Below are positions 39,288-48,016 of a stretch of DNA of 64,000 nt, piece after piece. The notes beneath the pieces were generated by a model that saw nothing but the letters and a program-made list of their open reading frames with translations, did no database searches and was not told where the DNA came from. The position numbers and the translations under genes are program-made. This DNA is from an uncultured delta proteobacterium (lineage in GTDB: Bacteria > Desulfobacterota > Binatia > UBA9968): positions 1 to 64,000 of the forward strand of contig CAWDPO010000001.1 of the NCBI GenBank assembly GCA_963804165.1, read 5' to 3'. The stretch's first letter is position 1, and the number at the start of each line of letters is the position of its first letter.

Positions 39288-40430
39288 ATGCGGTTTATCG
39301 AGATGAGCGGCGCACTGCTGTTGCGACTATTTGGCTGGGTCGCCCTGCTGGCGTTTTCTTTCACCAATGTGTCGGCGGCGGCTCCGAGTCCCAACTGGCA
39401 AGGTGAATGGGAAAAGGCGGTCGACGCCGCCAAGAAAGAAGCACAAGTCGCCGTTTATACCAAGGCCGGATACGACGGCGTGTTTTTTGCCTTTCAGAAA
39501 AAATATCCCGAGATCAAAGTCATCTCCGTCGCCGGCCAGGCCGCCGATATCACTAACCGGTTGATTGCCGAACGTCGAGCCGAGAAATATATCGCCGACG
39601 TCTTCAGTTTCGGTGTCCGTTCAACCCAGTCGCTGATGCAAATCAAGGGGCTGGACCCGATTCGCCCCCTGCTCCTTCTGCCCGAAGTCGTTGATGAATC
39701 GAAGTGGTACGAAGGACATGTCTACACCGATCCGGAGAAGACCTACATATTGCGCTATCTCAGTGTCGCGGAGCAACAACTGGGAATGAACACGAATCTT
39801 GTCAAAGAGCAGAAAAAAGAGTTCAAATCCTACTGGGATCTCGTCAATCCGAAATGGAGGGGCAAAATCGTCGCCCGGGATGTCCGAACCGCGGGACCCG
39901 GCAATGGCAACATGCTTTTTTGGTATCACAACCCGCAGCTGGGTCCGGCTTTTCTGAAAAAAGTCTTCGGCGAGATGGATCCGACGATGACGCGCTATTC
40001 GCGCCAGGCAACCGATTGGCTCGCACAGGGCAAGTTCGCCATCTGTTTTTTTTGCAGTGAAGACGTCGAAATCGGCAAACGCCAGGGTTTGCCGATCGAT
40101 TCCCTTGACGTCGATTGGAAGGAAGGCGCCGGTCTGGTTTCACAGTCGGGCAACCTGGCCGTCTTGAAAAACGCGCCTCATCCCAATGCCGCGAAGGTTT
40201 TTATCAACTGGTTATTGTCCCGCGAGGGGCAGACCGAATTGCAGCGAGTCTTGGCGAAAGTCCAGCCGGCCGAATCACGGCGAAACGACATCCCCAAGGA
40301 CGACGTGCCGCCCGACATCAGGCGCAAACCGGGAGAGAAATATATGGATCTCGACAGCCGTCCGGAATGGAGCGACATAGAGCCGGTGCGCAAGCTCCTT
40401 AACGAAGTGCTGAAAGAGACAAAAAAATAA
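39288..40430 (+). CDS. Extracellular solute-binding protein
   Basis: Signal peptide, DLVNPKWRGKI, NAPHPNAAKVFINW. Confidence 0.8.
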   Translation: MRFIEMSGALLLRLFGWVALLAFSFTNVSAAAPSPNWQGEWEKAVDAAKKEAQVAVYTKAGYDGVFFAFQKKYPEIKVISVAGQAADITNRLIAERRAEKYIADVFSFGVRSTQSLMQIKGLDPIRPLLLLPEVVDESKWYEGHVYTDPEKTYILRYLSVAEQQLGMNTNLVKEQKKEFKSYWDLVNPKWRGKIVARDVRTAGPGNGNMLFWYHNPQLGPAFLKKVFGEMDPTMTRYSRQATDWLAQGKFAICFFCSEDVEIGKRQGLPIDSLDVDWKEGAGLVSQSGNLAVLKNAPHPNAAKVFINWLLSREGQTELQRVLAKVQPAESRRNDIPKDDVPPDIRRKPGEKYMDLDSRPEWSDIEPVRKLLNEVLKETKK

Positions 40431-40472
40431 ACCGCAGCGACAAGCCAAAATGATTCGAACGAGGAGCCAACG

Positions 40473-40862
40473 ATGACGAAACGGGAAGTGATTAAAGTTC
40501 CGAATGCGCCCAAGCACGGCGACAACCCCATACCGGTTTGCGTAAGAATGGGAAATCAGATTTTTCCCTCGGTCATCAACGGCCGCGACCCCAAAGAGCC
40601 GGGAGTGTCCGACGATCCGAAAAAACAGATCGCGCAGGCCTTCATCAACATGAAAAACATCATCGAAGCCGCCGGCGGCACCACCGACAGCATCGCTAAA
40701 GTGATCGTCTATCTGAAAGATTTCAAGCACCGCGAGTTCGTCAACAAAGAGTGGGCGGCGATGTTTCCCGACGAAGACAATCGCCCCGCACGGCACGTGA
40801 TGAACACTTCGGATCTGCGCGGAAAAACGCTCATCCAGCTCGACGTAACAGCGATGCTATAA
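40473..40862 (+). CDS. RidA/YjgF family protein
   Basis: NPIP, EAAGGT...I.KV.VYL, VN.EW..MFP....RPARH. Confidence 0.85.
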   Translation: MTKREVIKVPNAPKHGDNPIPVCVRMGNQIFPSVINGRDPKEPGVSDDPKKQIAQAFINMKNIIEAAGGTTDSIAKVIVYLKDFKHREFVNKEWAAMFPDEDNRPARHVMNTSDLRGKTLIQLDVTAML

Positions 40863-41102
40863 GGATCGGCGTCGCTCTACGGTGGCGCGTGTTCCGTTCC
40901 AACTGCAGGTTCGATTTCCGTCCATCACGCGATTGATTTCGTAGCGTGGAACCATCTCGCTTTCCGAATAAGGTCTTCACTCATGGTGGCACTGCCTGAG
41001 AAACACGCATGATCGGCGAGATCCTTTCCTGTTCTAGATTTCCAGCGGCCAATCAACTCGCTCATGATCTATTAGGATTCCGTTAGACACGTTTTGGGCA
41101 CT

Positions 41103-41160
41103 CTGATAATGAAAAGCCGCTCAAAATAGCATGCTGATACGTTCTCTCATATCGTGAGAC
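41103..41160 (+). promoter_or_regulatory. Orphan copy of the promoter-operator cassette
   Basis: CTGATA-N18-TAGCAT-N11-ctctcatatcgtgagac; no substantial + strand ORF downstream. Confidence 0.55.
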
Positions 41161-41289
41161 ATCCAATCACAAGCCATGATAATCGAGACGAGCGTAAAAA
41201 CTCCGACTAACATCTTCTGACGTTGGCGTCGTGATGTGACCCGAGATCCGCGGCAAAATGCCGCGATGTGATACCCATCTCACACGGTT

Positions 41290-41412
41290 TGTGACCGCAC
41301 GATTCCGCACTCGCGAAGCGCAAGCTCAACAGTTCCCTCAGCTAGGCACTCCCCACACGCGCCGGGGGTTGTCTGCGGCGGAAAGTCCTCGGGCATAGCC
41401 CCCCTAAATGTG
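41290..41412 (-). pseudogene. Degenerate copy of the UBP-type zinc finger gene
   Basis: Nucleotide match to ~46069-46190 (ccgcacgatt, gcactcgcgaag, cagctaggcactcc, ggaaagtcctcgg) with indels. Confidence 0.7.
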
Positions 41413-41423
41413 TGTCGATCTTC

Positions 41424-42140
41424 CTATTTTGCATCGTGAAAAATAATTCCCAGGGTGTATCGCTCGCCGGAATGCACGGTGCTGACACCGTGACGAAGGT
41501 TGGCGCGATAATAACCTTGCGCGCCGCGAACGGGTCGATGATGAACTGAAAAGATGACCGCATCGCCCTGCTCGGGAGTGAGCACTTCAACACGGGATTG
41601 CCGGCGTGGTTGTTGCTCGGCAAGGACAAATTCGCCGCCGTCAAAATCTTTGCCGCGCTGACTCAAGAAACAGGTCACCTGAAAAGGAAAGACGACTTCG
41701 CCGTATAAATCTTGATGCAGACAATTGAAGTCGTCGGTGCCATATTTGAGAAGCAAGGGCGTTGCACGCTTTTGACCGGCACGATGACATTGGTTAAGAA
41801 AGTCCGCAAACTTTTCAGGATAGCGAGGCGTTTTGCCGCCAAGGCGTTCGTTCCACTGGTTGGCAAGCGGCGCGAGCTGCGGATAAATCGCTGCTCTAAG
41901 CTGTTGCACGAGCTCGGGCAACGGATAATTGAAATACTTATACTCGCCCCGACCGAACGAATAGCGCGACATCTCGATCCGCGAGCGGAATCGATGATCC
42001 TCGGCGTAATAGCCGGCCATTTCTTTGCAGATATTCTTCGTGAGCACGCCAGGGATCAACACAAATCCGCGTTCGTCGAGCTGTGACCGCGAATGTTCCC
42101 AATCAATGTCGCGCTCACCCATTGTCGATGGGATTTTCAT
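41424..42140 (-). CDS. 2OG-Fe(II) oxygenase (DUF2086-like, alkylation repair associated)
   Basis: FGRGEYKYF, LHQDLYGE..FP, GGEFVL.EQ.PR, RHGVS, R.TLGIIFHDA. Confidence 0.85.
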   Translation of the reverse strand: MKIPSTMGERDIDWEHSRSQLDERGFVLIPGVLTKNICKEMAGYYAEDHRFRSRIEMSRYSFGRGEYKYFNYPLPELVQQLRAAIYPQLAPLANQWNERLGGKTPRYPEKFADFLNQCHRAGQKRATPLLLKYGTDDFNCLHQDLYGEVVFPFQVTCFLSQRGKDFDGGEFVLAEQQPRRQSRVEVLTPEQGDAVIFSVHHRPVRGAQGYYRANLRHGVSTVHSGERYTLGIIFHDAK

Positions 42141-42152
42141 CGAAAATTTCTC

Positions 42153-42653
42153 TCAGCAATTCATTGATACAGTGGAACGGGTTTCGAGAGCCAGAAGCGC
42201 GGCTTTCGTCTCGACCCCGCCCGCGAAGCCGGTAAGCGATCCGTCCGCACCAACGACCCGATGACATGGCACGATGATGGACAAAGGATTCTTGCCGTTG
42301 GCAGCGCCGACAGCGCGAGCAGCCTTGGAAGAACCGATCGCCCTTGCGAGATCGATATAGCTCCTGGTTTGACCGAACGGTATTTCTCTCAAGGCCCGCC
42401 AGACTTTTTTCTGAAACTCGCTACCGTCGGGCTGAAGCGGAAGATCGAACTCGGTTCTTTCGCCGGAGAAATATTCCGTAAGTTGTCGCTCGGTCTCCAG
42501 CAATATTGAGTGCTGCGGATCCAACGTCCCAGTATCAAGCTTTATTCGGTTTGGGGACTCGCGTTCCCAGAGAACCGCGACCAAAGCGTTGGAGCTTGCG
42601 ACCAGTTTGAGCTTGCCGACGGGGGATTCGATCTCTTTGTAAAATAGCGTCAT
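42153..42653 (-). CDS. ogt: Methylated-DNA--protein-cysteine methyltransferase
   Basis: IPFGQTRSY, ARAVGAAN..NP, PCHRV. Confidence 0.92.
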   Translation of the reverse strand: MTLFYKEIESPVGKLKLVASSNALVAVLWERESPNRIKLDTGTLDPQHSILLETERQLTEYFSGERTEFDLPLQPDGSEFQKKVWRALREIPFGQTRSYIDLARAIGSSKAARAVGAANGKNPLSIIVPCHRVVGADGSLTGFAGGVETKAALLALETRSTVSMNC

Positions 42654-43587
42654 CGTTTTTCTCCTTTTTGCGTTTGGACAGACTTTGAGTGAATTCCTTC
42701 CACAGATAAGTTGCCGCGTAGGATCGCCAAGGTTTGATCGGTTCCAAATCCAGATCAGGATGAAGCAAAAGAGCGCGCTTAAGAATCAAATCCGTCTTGG
42801 GAAACGCATCCGTGTCACCGATGGCCCGAAGGCTGATATACTCAGCGGACCACGGGCCGAGACCCTTCGTGTCGAGCAGCGACTTGCGAAACGCTGCGGG
42901 ATCTTGAGATTCGGAAAGAGAAATAGCGCCGCTCAGCACGCGCCGGCTGAAGTCGCGTATCGCCTCGCGGCGCGCGATCGTGGTTCTAACCGCGCTCAGA
43001 TCGGCCTTCGCCAAAACGTCGGCTTCGGGGAACAATCGCATGTTTTCTCCCGACGATGGATGCGCGATCGCCACTCCATAGTTGTGGACGAGTTGGCCGA
43101 CAAGATTTGCCCTTTGCTGTGCCGAAACCAATTGCCCCAGGATCGAACAGATTGCCGTTTCGAACGGATCCCATCCTCGCGCCAGTCGTAAACCCGGATA
43201 GCGGTGGCAAAGACTTGCGAGCAGAGGAATTCGCCTAAAGCTCCTCTCGATCAACATGGGATCACAGTCCAAATCGAACATTTTTCTTACTCGCTGCACG
43301 ACATCTATTTTTATCTTGGGCTCATCAGGCGCGATTCGAATTTTGAGCTGCGGCACGCCGACCATCGTTTCTATGCGAACAATTCCAGTCTTGCCTTCGC
43401 TGTAAAACACTCGCTCGAACGACTTTGCCGTGACCCGTTCCAACCCGGGAATCAGATGCGTCTGGTAAAATCGAATGATCGTCTGCCAATCATACGGTGA
43501 CTTAAACGGCAGATTGATCTCGATGCCGTCCGTGTCACCGGTCTTGGAGCGCTTCGCTCGTCCTGTCCGTTGCAGTCTCAAGGCCAA
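42535..43587 (-). CDS. alkA: DNA-3-methyladenine glycosylase II (HhH-GPD); C-terminus probably extended by an A-run frameshift
   Basis: PGLRL...WDPFE, ILGQLVS, GLGPWSAEY, DAFPKTD, PWRSYA..YLW. Confidence 0.85.
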   Translation of the reverse strand: MALRLQRTGRAKRSKTGDTDGIEINLPFKSPYDWQTIIRFYQTHLIPGLERVTAKSFERVFYSEGKTGIVRIETMVGVPQLKIRIAPDEPKIKIDVVQRVRKMFDLDCDPMLIERSFRRIPLLASLCHRYPGLRLARGWDPFETAICSILGQLVSAQQRANLVGQLVHNYGVAIAHPSSGENMRLFPEADVLAKADLSAVRTTIARREAIRDFSRRVLSGAISLSESQDPAAFRKSLLDTKGLGPWSAEYISLRAIGDTDAFPKTDLILKRALLLHPDLDLEPIKPWRSYAATYLWKEFTQSLSKRKKEKNDDAILQRDRIPRRQAQTGRKLQRFGRGSLGTRVPKPNKA

Positions 43588-43590
43588 TCT

Positions 43591-44406
43591 CTAGGCTGGC
43601 TGACAGATTTTGCACGGGCGCATGCCTGCTTGTCTCGCTTCCGTAGCGTCAGCGAAAATCAAGATGCGCGCCCGGTCGACGCGCGCAGCGGTCCGGCAAG
43701 TGACCCGACAATAGATTTTGGTTCCCTTGTGGCCCCAGACGACGTTGTCGGGAAGGCGCACAGCCGCCTCCGCCAGGACAAAACCTTCGCTCCGCAGCAA
43801 TTGCAACTTACGCGGGATGCCGCCGCCATATCCACCGATCCTGCCGCCTGAAGCGATCACACGATGGCACGGAACGTAGATCGGCACCGGATTGTTGTGC
43901 ATGGCATTGCCGACGGCCCGCGCTCCCTTCGGCGCTCCGGCTGCGGCGCCCAAAGCTTGGTAGCTGACCACAGCGCCGCGCGGGACTTCCTGGAGCTTAT
44001 GCAAAACTTTCTTTTGGAACGCACTGGCCACCAGAGTGAAGTCGACTTTCTGACGCAGCGCTTTTGCCTCTCCGGCCAGATAACGGCGAATCTCCTCGCT
44101 GACTTCATTGATCGTCCGTCGATCGTCGACGAGATCCAGTTCGACTCGAAGTTTTGCAATCGTAACTGCGAGGTCGTCACCGTCCAGCAAGTAATGATTG
44201 AGCACGATGCCGCGGCCCGTCATGGCCACGAGCAGATCACCCAACGGTGATTTTACAATGCCCACTGCCGCGTCAGGGCGCCGAACATGCTTCAGCGCAT
44301 GATCGACCCGACTGCGAGAGCGACGCAACAATGCGTCGATTCCATGTTCTTCGAATTCCCTGCCGATTGACCCGATAATTTTTTCGATTTTCATAAACAT
44401 CACCAC
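43591..44406 (-). CDS. O6-methylguanine methyltransferase with C-terminal Ada-type Zn-binding domain
   Basis: RAVGNAM..NP, PCHRV; C-terminal IYCRVTC...GMRPCKICQP; no AraC HTH. Confidence 0.85.
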   Translation of the reverse strand: MVMFMKIEKIIGSIGREFEEHGIDALLRRSRSRVDHALKHVRRPDAAVGIVKSPLGDLLVAMTGRGIVLNHYLLDGDDLAVTIAKLRVELDLVDDRRTINEVSEEIRRYLAGEAKALRQKVDFTLVASAFQKKVLHKLQEVPRGAVVSYQALGAAAGAPKGARAVGNAMHNNPVPIYVPCHRVIASGGRIGGYGGGIPRKLQLLRSEGFVLAEAAVRLPDNVVWGHKGTKIYCRVTCRTAARVDRARILIFADATEARQAGMRPCKICQPA

Positions 44407-44919
44407 ATTGACTTAATTTTTCTTATCGCCTGGGAAACATTCGCCCGCGCCCCCTGTTCTGAGCAGTCCATCGCGGCGGCTATCTCCGCGTAGTTCAGAC
44501 CGGCGAAGCAGCGCAGATGCAGCGCTTCGCGTTGTTTCGGCGGGAGTGAAGCCATCAGCTCGCGCATGCGCACAGCCGCGTAACCTTCGTTTTCACTAAA
44601 CCCACGATGGGCTTTGCCCGATCCGCTCCCCTGCCGGACTTTTCTCCTCAACGGCCACGATCACGCGCGCTCGGCGCGCACCGTCACGTGCCCGATTGCG
44701 GCATAAGTTGACCGCGATCGCGTACAGCCACGGCCTGATCTCGCTCTCCGGCTCAAGGCGCGGATAGGCGCGATACGCGCGCAGCCAGGTTTCTTGAAAC
44801 AAGTCCGCAGCGTCCGCGCCATTGCCTGTCAGGCGCAGCAAATAGCGCAGGATCTCCCGTTCGTGGCGTTGCATGATTTGCTCGAAGGGAAGCGGTATTT
44901 GCAACTTTTTGGGCGCCAT
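44400..44919 (-). CDS. ECF RNA polymerase sigma factor, frameshift ~44630
   Basis: Region 2 (DLFQETWLRA, WLYAIA.N..RN..R) in 44596..44919; region 4 (LPPKQREAL.L....GLNYAEIA) in 44400..44651. Confidence 0.85.
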
Positions 44920-44925
44920 ATGTCT

Positions 44926-45027
44926 CTTAAAACCCCGGGGGCGGGCGATTGTGAAAAGTCTGCGTTTGAATATTAAATATTAGCGCGCTGGTTCGATTTC
45001 ACAAATCACGCCCGTTGGGGTTCTAAG
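44926..45027. promoter_or_regulatory. Twin divergent 31-bp motifs TTTCACAA-N12-GGGGTTYTAAG (putative ECF promoters)
   Basis: Minus copy 44926-44956 ends 6 nt before the sigma ATG; plus copy 44997-45027; identical spacing. Confidence 0.6.
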
Positions 45028-45085
45028 CAATAGATCGCTTCAAACCGATGTTACAACTGGGCCGTAGAAGAAAGGAGAAACGATC

Positions 45086-45799
45086 ATGCATATCACCTGC
45101 GAACTCTTCGATTTTGTACTTTGGTACGCCCGTCGTGCTGATCAGCAGCGTCAACGAAGATGGCTCGTACAATCTGGCGCCGATGTCATCGGCGTTTTGG
45201 CTCGGCTGGCGCTCGATACTTGGTTTGGCCGGGGTATCCAAAACGCCGCAAAACATAAGACGCACTGGCGAGTGCGTTCTCAATCTGCCTTCGGTCGACC
45301 TCGTACAGTCGGTCAATCGCCTGGCCCGTACCACCGGCACGAATCCCGTTCCCGAGACAAAAGTGCGCCGTGGCTATCGCTATGAACCAGATAAGTTCGG
45401 AATCTCGGGGTTAACGCCTGTTCGATCCGAAACGGTTGTTGCACCCTGCGTCCTCGAATGTCCCGTGCAGCTCGAATCCAAGGTCGAAGCGATCCATAAC
45501 GTAGCGCAGGACGATGCAGCACAGCGCGGACGGATCGTCATTTTCGAAGTGCGGATTCCGCGGGTGCATCTCGATGCATCGATTTTAATGGACGGAGATC
45601 GCAACCGAATCGACCCGAACAAGTGGCGGCCGCTCATCATGAGCTTTCAGCAATTCTAGGGCTCGAGTCGCATCAGCTGCACGATTCGACACTGGGACAA
45701 ATTCCCGAACGTTTGTACCGGGGCCCCGACATAGAGCAGGCACGCCGCGCGTCAAGGGCCGAGCGATATAATGGAATCAAGCGTGACGTTGGATCGTAG
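45086..45799 (+). CDS. Flavin reductase family protein, two frameshifts (~45105, ~45659)
   Basis: MHITCE(P)SILYFGTPVVL, NLAPMSS, ECVLNLPS, WRPLIMSFQQF(Y)GL reconstructed across frames. Confidence 0.75.
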
Positions 45800-45931
45800 C
45801 TTTGTTGACTTACCAACGTCTGACCGGATTATGCCCTGACTCGCAGAGTTTCCAAGTGGCTACAGCGATTACACCACGCCGGGAATCGGTCTCAAGCAGT
45901 GGCTGACACCGCGTCGCCCGGTAATTGAAAG

Positions 45932-46207
45932 TTAATTGAGGATTCCCTGCGTCTCATGGACATAGCACCAGATCCAAGCCGCCGGCGGGACAGCGCGCAT
46001 GACGGGATGTTGCGTCTCATGGAAATGTTTCGTCGCGTGCTTGCCCGTCGAGGAATCGCAACAGCCAATGTGGCCGCACGATTGGCACTCGCGAAGGGCC
46101 ACCCAAACAGTTCCTTCAGCTAGGCACTCCTCACACGCTCCGGGGGTTTTCTGCGGAGGAAAGTCCTCGGCAGTTAGTCCGTCCAAATGTTCACATGACG
46201 TTGCCAT
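45932..46207 (-). CDS. UBP-type zinc finger protein
   Basis: CEHL, CEECL, LRECQSCGHIGCCDSS..KHATKHF, WCY. Confidence 0.88.
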   Translation of the reverse strand: MATSCEHLDGLTAEDFPPQKTPGACEECLAEGTVWVALRECQSCGHIGCCDSSTGKHATKHFHETQHPVMRAVPPAAWIWCYVHETQGILN

Positions 46208-46242
46208 ACGTTCCTCCTGCCGCGTCTGATCGTGTGGGTCAC

Positions 46243-46704
46243 TTAAAATTGAGACAGCACCCACAAGCTTCCGACGATCGCCACGAGATCCTCGACTAGA
46301 GCGATGTAAATATCCTGCGTGCCCAGCGCTTTCACGAGTCCGGTCCGAGCCTGGTAGCCGAGAAAACAACCCGCGACGCCGCCGACGGCGCCGAGGGCGG
46401 CGCCAAGAAAAATTCCTTGCGCTCCGCCGGCGGCAACGCATGCGCCGGTCAACCCGCCCATCACAATGCGCGCGATCAAACCGGGCGGCGCCGTGCGGCT
46501 CGGTGTCCGCGGTAGCTTGTCGGCAACCAGCTCGACGACCGCGAGCAGTGTAAAAATAACGACGGCGGGCAGTGAGCCGATGAGAGACAGCGGGTGCTCG
46601 AGTTTCAGCCAGCCCAAATACACAGCCCACGCTGTTGCGGCGGGAGCGGTCAGCGCGCGCAGCCCGCCAAAAAATCCGATGAGAAAAGCAAAAAGAAACG
46701 TCAT
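46243..46704 (-). CDS. Membrane protein (DUF4126-like)
   Basis: GLRALTAPA, ELVADKLP.TPSR, ALVED. Confidence 0.7.
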   Translation of the reverse strand: MTFLFAFLIGFFGGLRALTAPAATAWAVYLGWLKLEHPLSLIGSLPAVVIFTLLAVVELVADKLPRTPSRTAPPGLIARIVMGGLTGACVAAGGAQGIFLGAALGAVGGVAGCFLGYQARTGLVKALGTQDIYIALVEDLVAIVGSLWVLSQF

Positions 46705-46866
46705 GAAATGGTCATTCGTTCATCCGTCTATTTTCGCTAAAGACATTGTTCCGGCCCGTCTTGGAGACCTCATGGGCAAGCGCTCATTCCTGCCATCTTC
46801 CGCGAGAGCTTGTCCAGACTCCGCGATCGAGCAGTGCTGCCCTGATCGCTTAGTGTCTGTGGCCTA

Positions 46867-47565
46867 TCAAGCCAAATCGAATACAAGGATCTCGGCGTGA
46901 TCGAGGGCCCTGAGCTCCAGAGTGCTTTCTTCGCTGATAGCCGCGCCATCGCCTGCGTTCAGTGACATGCCATTAAGGGTAACGGCACCACGCGCCACTT
47001 GGGTCCAGATATTTCGACTCGGCTTGAGGGGCAAACTTGACTGCTCTCCAGGAGAGAAACGCGTGGCCCAGACATCCACATCCTGATGCACGGTGACGGA
47101 ACCGTCGCGACCGTCTTGCGCAGCGACAAGAGTCCATTTGCCACGATGGTCATCGAGTGAAAAAGCGCGCTGTTCATAACCCGGTGCCAAACCTGTCTTG
47201 TCCGGAATGATCCAAATCTGCAGGAAGTGCACGGGCTCGGTTTGCGACGCGTTGTATTCGCTGTGACTGATTCCTGTTCCCGCGCTCATCCGTTGGACAT
47301 CACCGACGCGAATGACCGAGCTCGCCCCCGTGCTGTCTTTGTGCGCCAAAGCGCCTTCGAGCACGTAGGTGATGATTTCCATGTCGCGGTGCGAGTGGGG
47401 CGGAAACCCGGCGCCGGGAACCACCCGGTCTTCGTTAATGACTCTGAGATCACTGAACCCCATCTGCTTGGGGTCGTAATAGTCGCCGAAAGAAAATGTA
47501 TGACGGCTGTCGAGCCAATCGAATTTAGTATGCCCCCTACCCTCACGGCGACGGAGTTTGATCAT
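46867..47565 (-). CDS. Pirin family protein (YhhW-like)
   Basis: WLDSRHTFSF, LRVINED, HSHRDMEI, MSAGTGI.HSE. Confidence 0.92.
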   Translation of the reverse strand: MIKLRRREGRGHTKFDWLDSRHTFSFGDYYDPKQMGFSDLRVINEDRVVPGAGFPPHSHRDMEIITYVLEGALAHKDSTGASSVIRVGDVQRMSAGTGISHSEYNASQTEPVHFLQIWIIPDKTGLAPGYEQRAFSLDDHRGKWTLVAAQDGRDGSVTVHQDVDVWATRFSPGEQSSLPLKPSRNIWTQVARGAVTLNGMSLNAGDGAAISEESTLELRALDHAEILVFDLA

Positions 47566-47648
47566 ATCGGCCTCCTAAATTCTGACGGCGTTTACCTTTC
47601 CTGGCCGGCGACAGCTCTACTAGCAGAAGCCTAAAAACAATTGGGAAT

Positions 47649-47728
47649 GCTTCGAGTGCCTCAGCATGAACGGAAAACCCTCGTCGAGATCAAAAGTTTT
47701 CCGTTCGTCCTGAGCTTCGTCGAAGGAC
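47649..47728. repeat. Inverted REP-like pair (CTTCGA..CTCAG / CTGAG..TCGAAG)
   Basis: gcttcgagtgcctcagcatgaacggaaaa ... ttttccgttcgtcctgagcttcgtcgaagga. Confidence 0.6.
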
Positions 47729-48016
47729 TCCGAGAGAGTTTTTCAGCATCCTACTTGTGACCCGGCCGCTGTTGCCGGTGTTCTCGTTCCGGCCGAACAG
47801 CCATGCGTCCAACGACCAGGGACCCCGCTCCGCTGTAGTGCATACTGTTTCTCCTCAAGCTAATTTGAAGGTTTCACTCACGTCTTGATCAACGCAGGCA
47901 GATATTCCTTGACCTCTTCCCTTTGAGCAAAGCACCGGCCGCCCGGTATGTGATCTCTGCTGACTGGCGCCACGATTTTTTCTCCCGACGATTTCATCCT
48001 CCATGCAGATGGCTTC

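Noticed and set aside
40863-41423. Integrase, tRNA or att site at the island edge
   Set aside because: No tRNA fold, transposase or exact direct repeat found
47878-48000. Short minus-strand ORF faintly like a haloperoxidase C-terminus
   Set aside because: Similarity too weak to support
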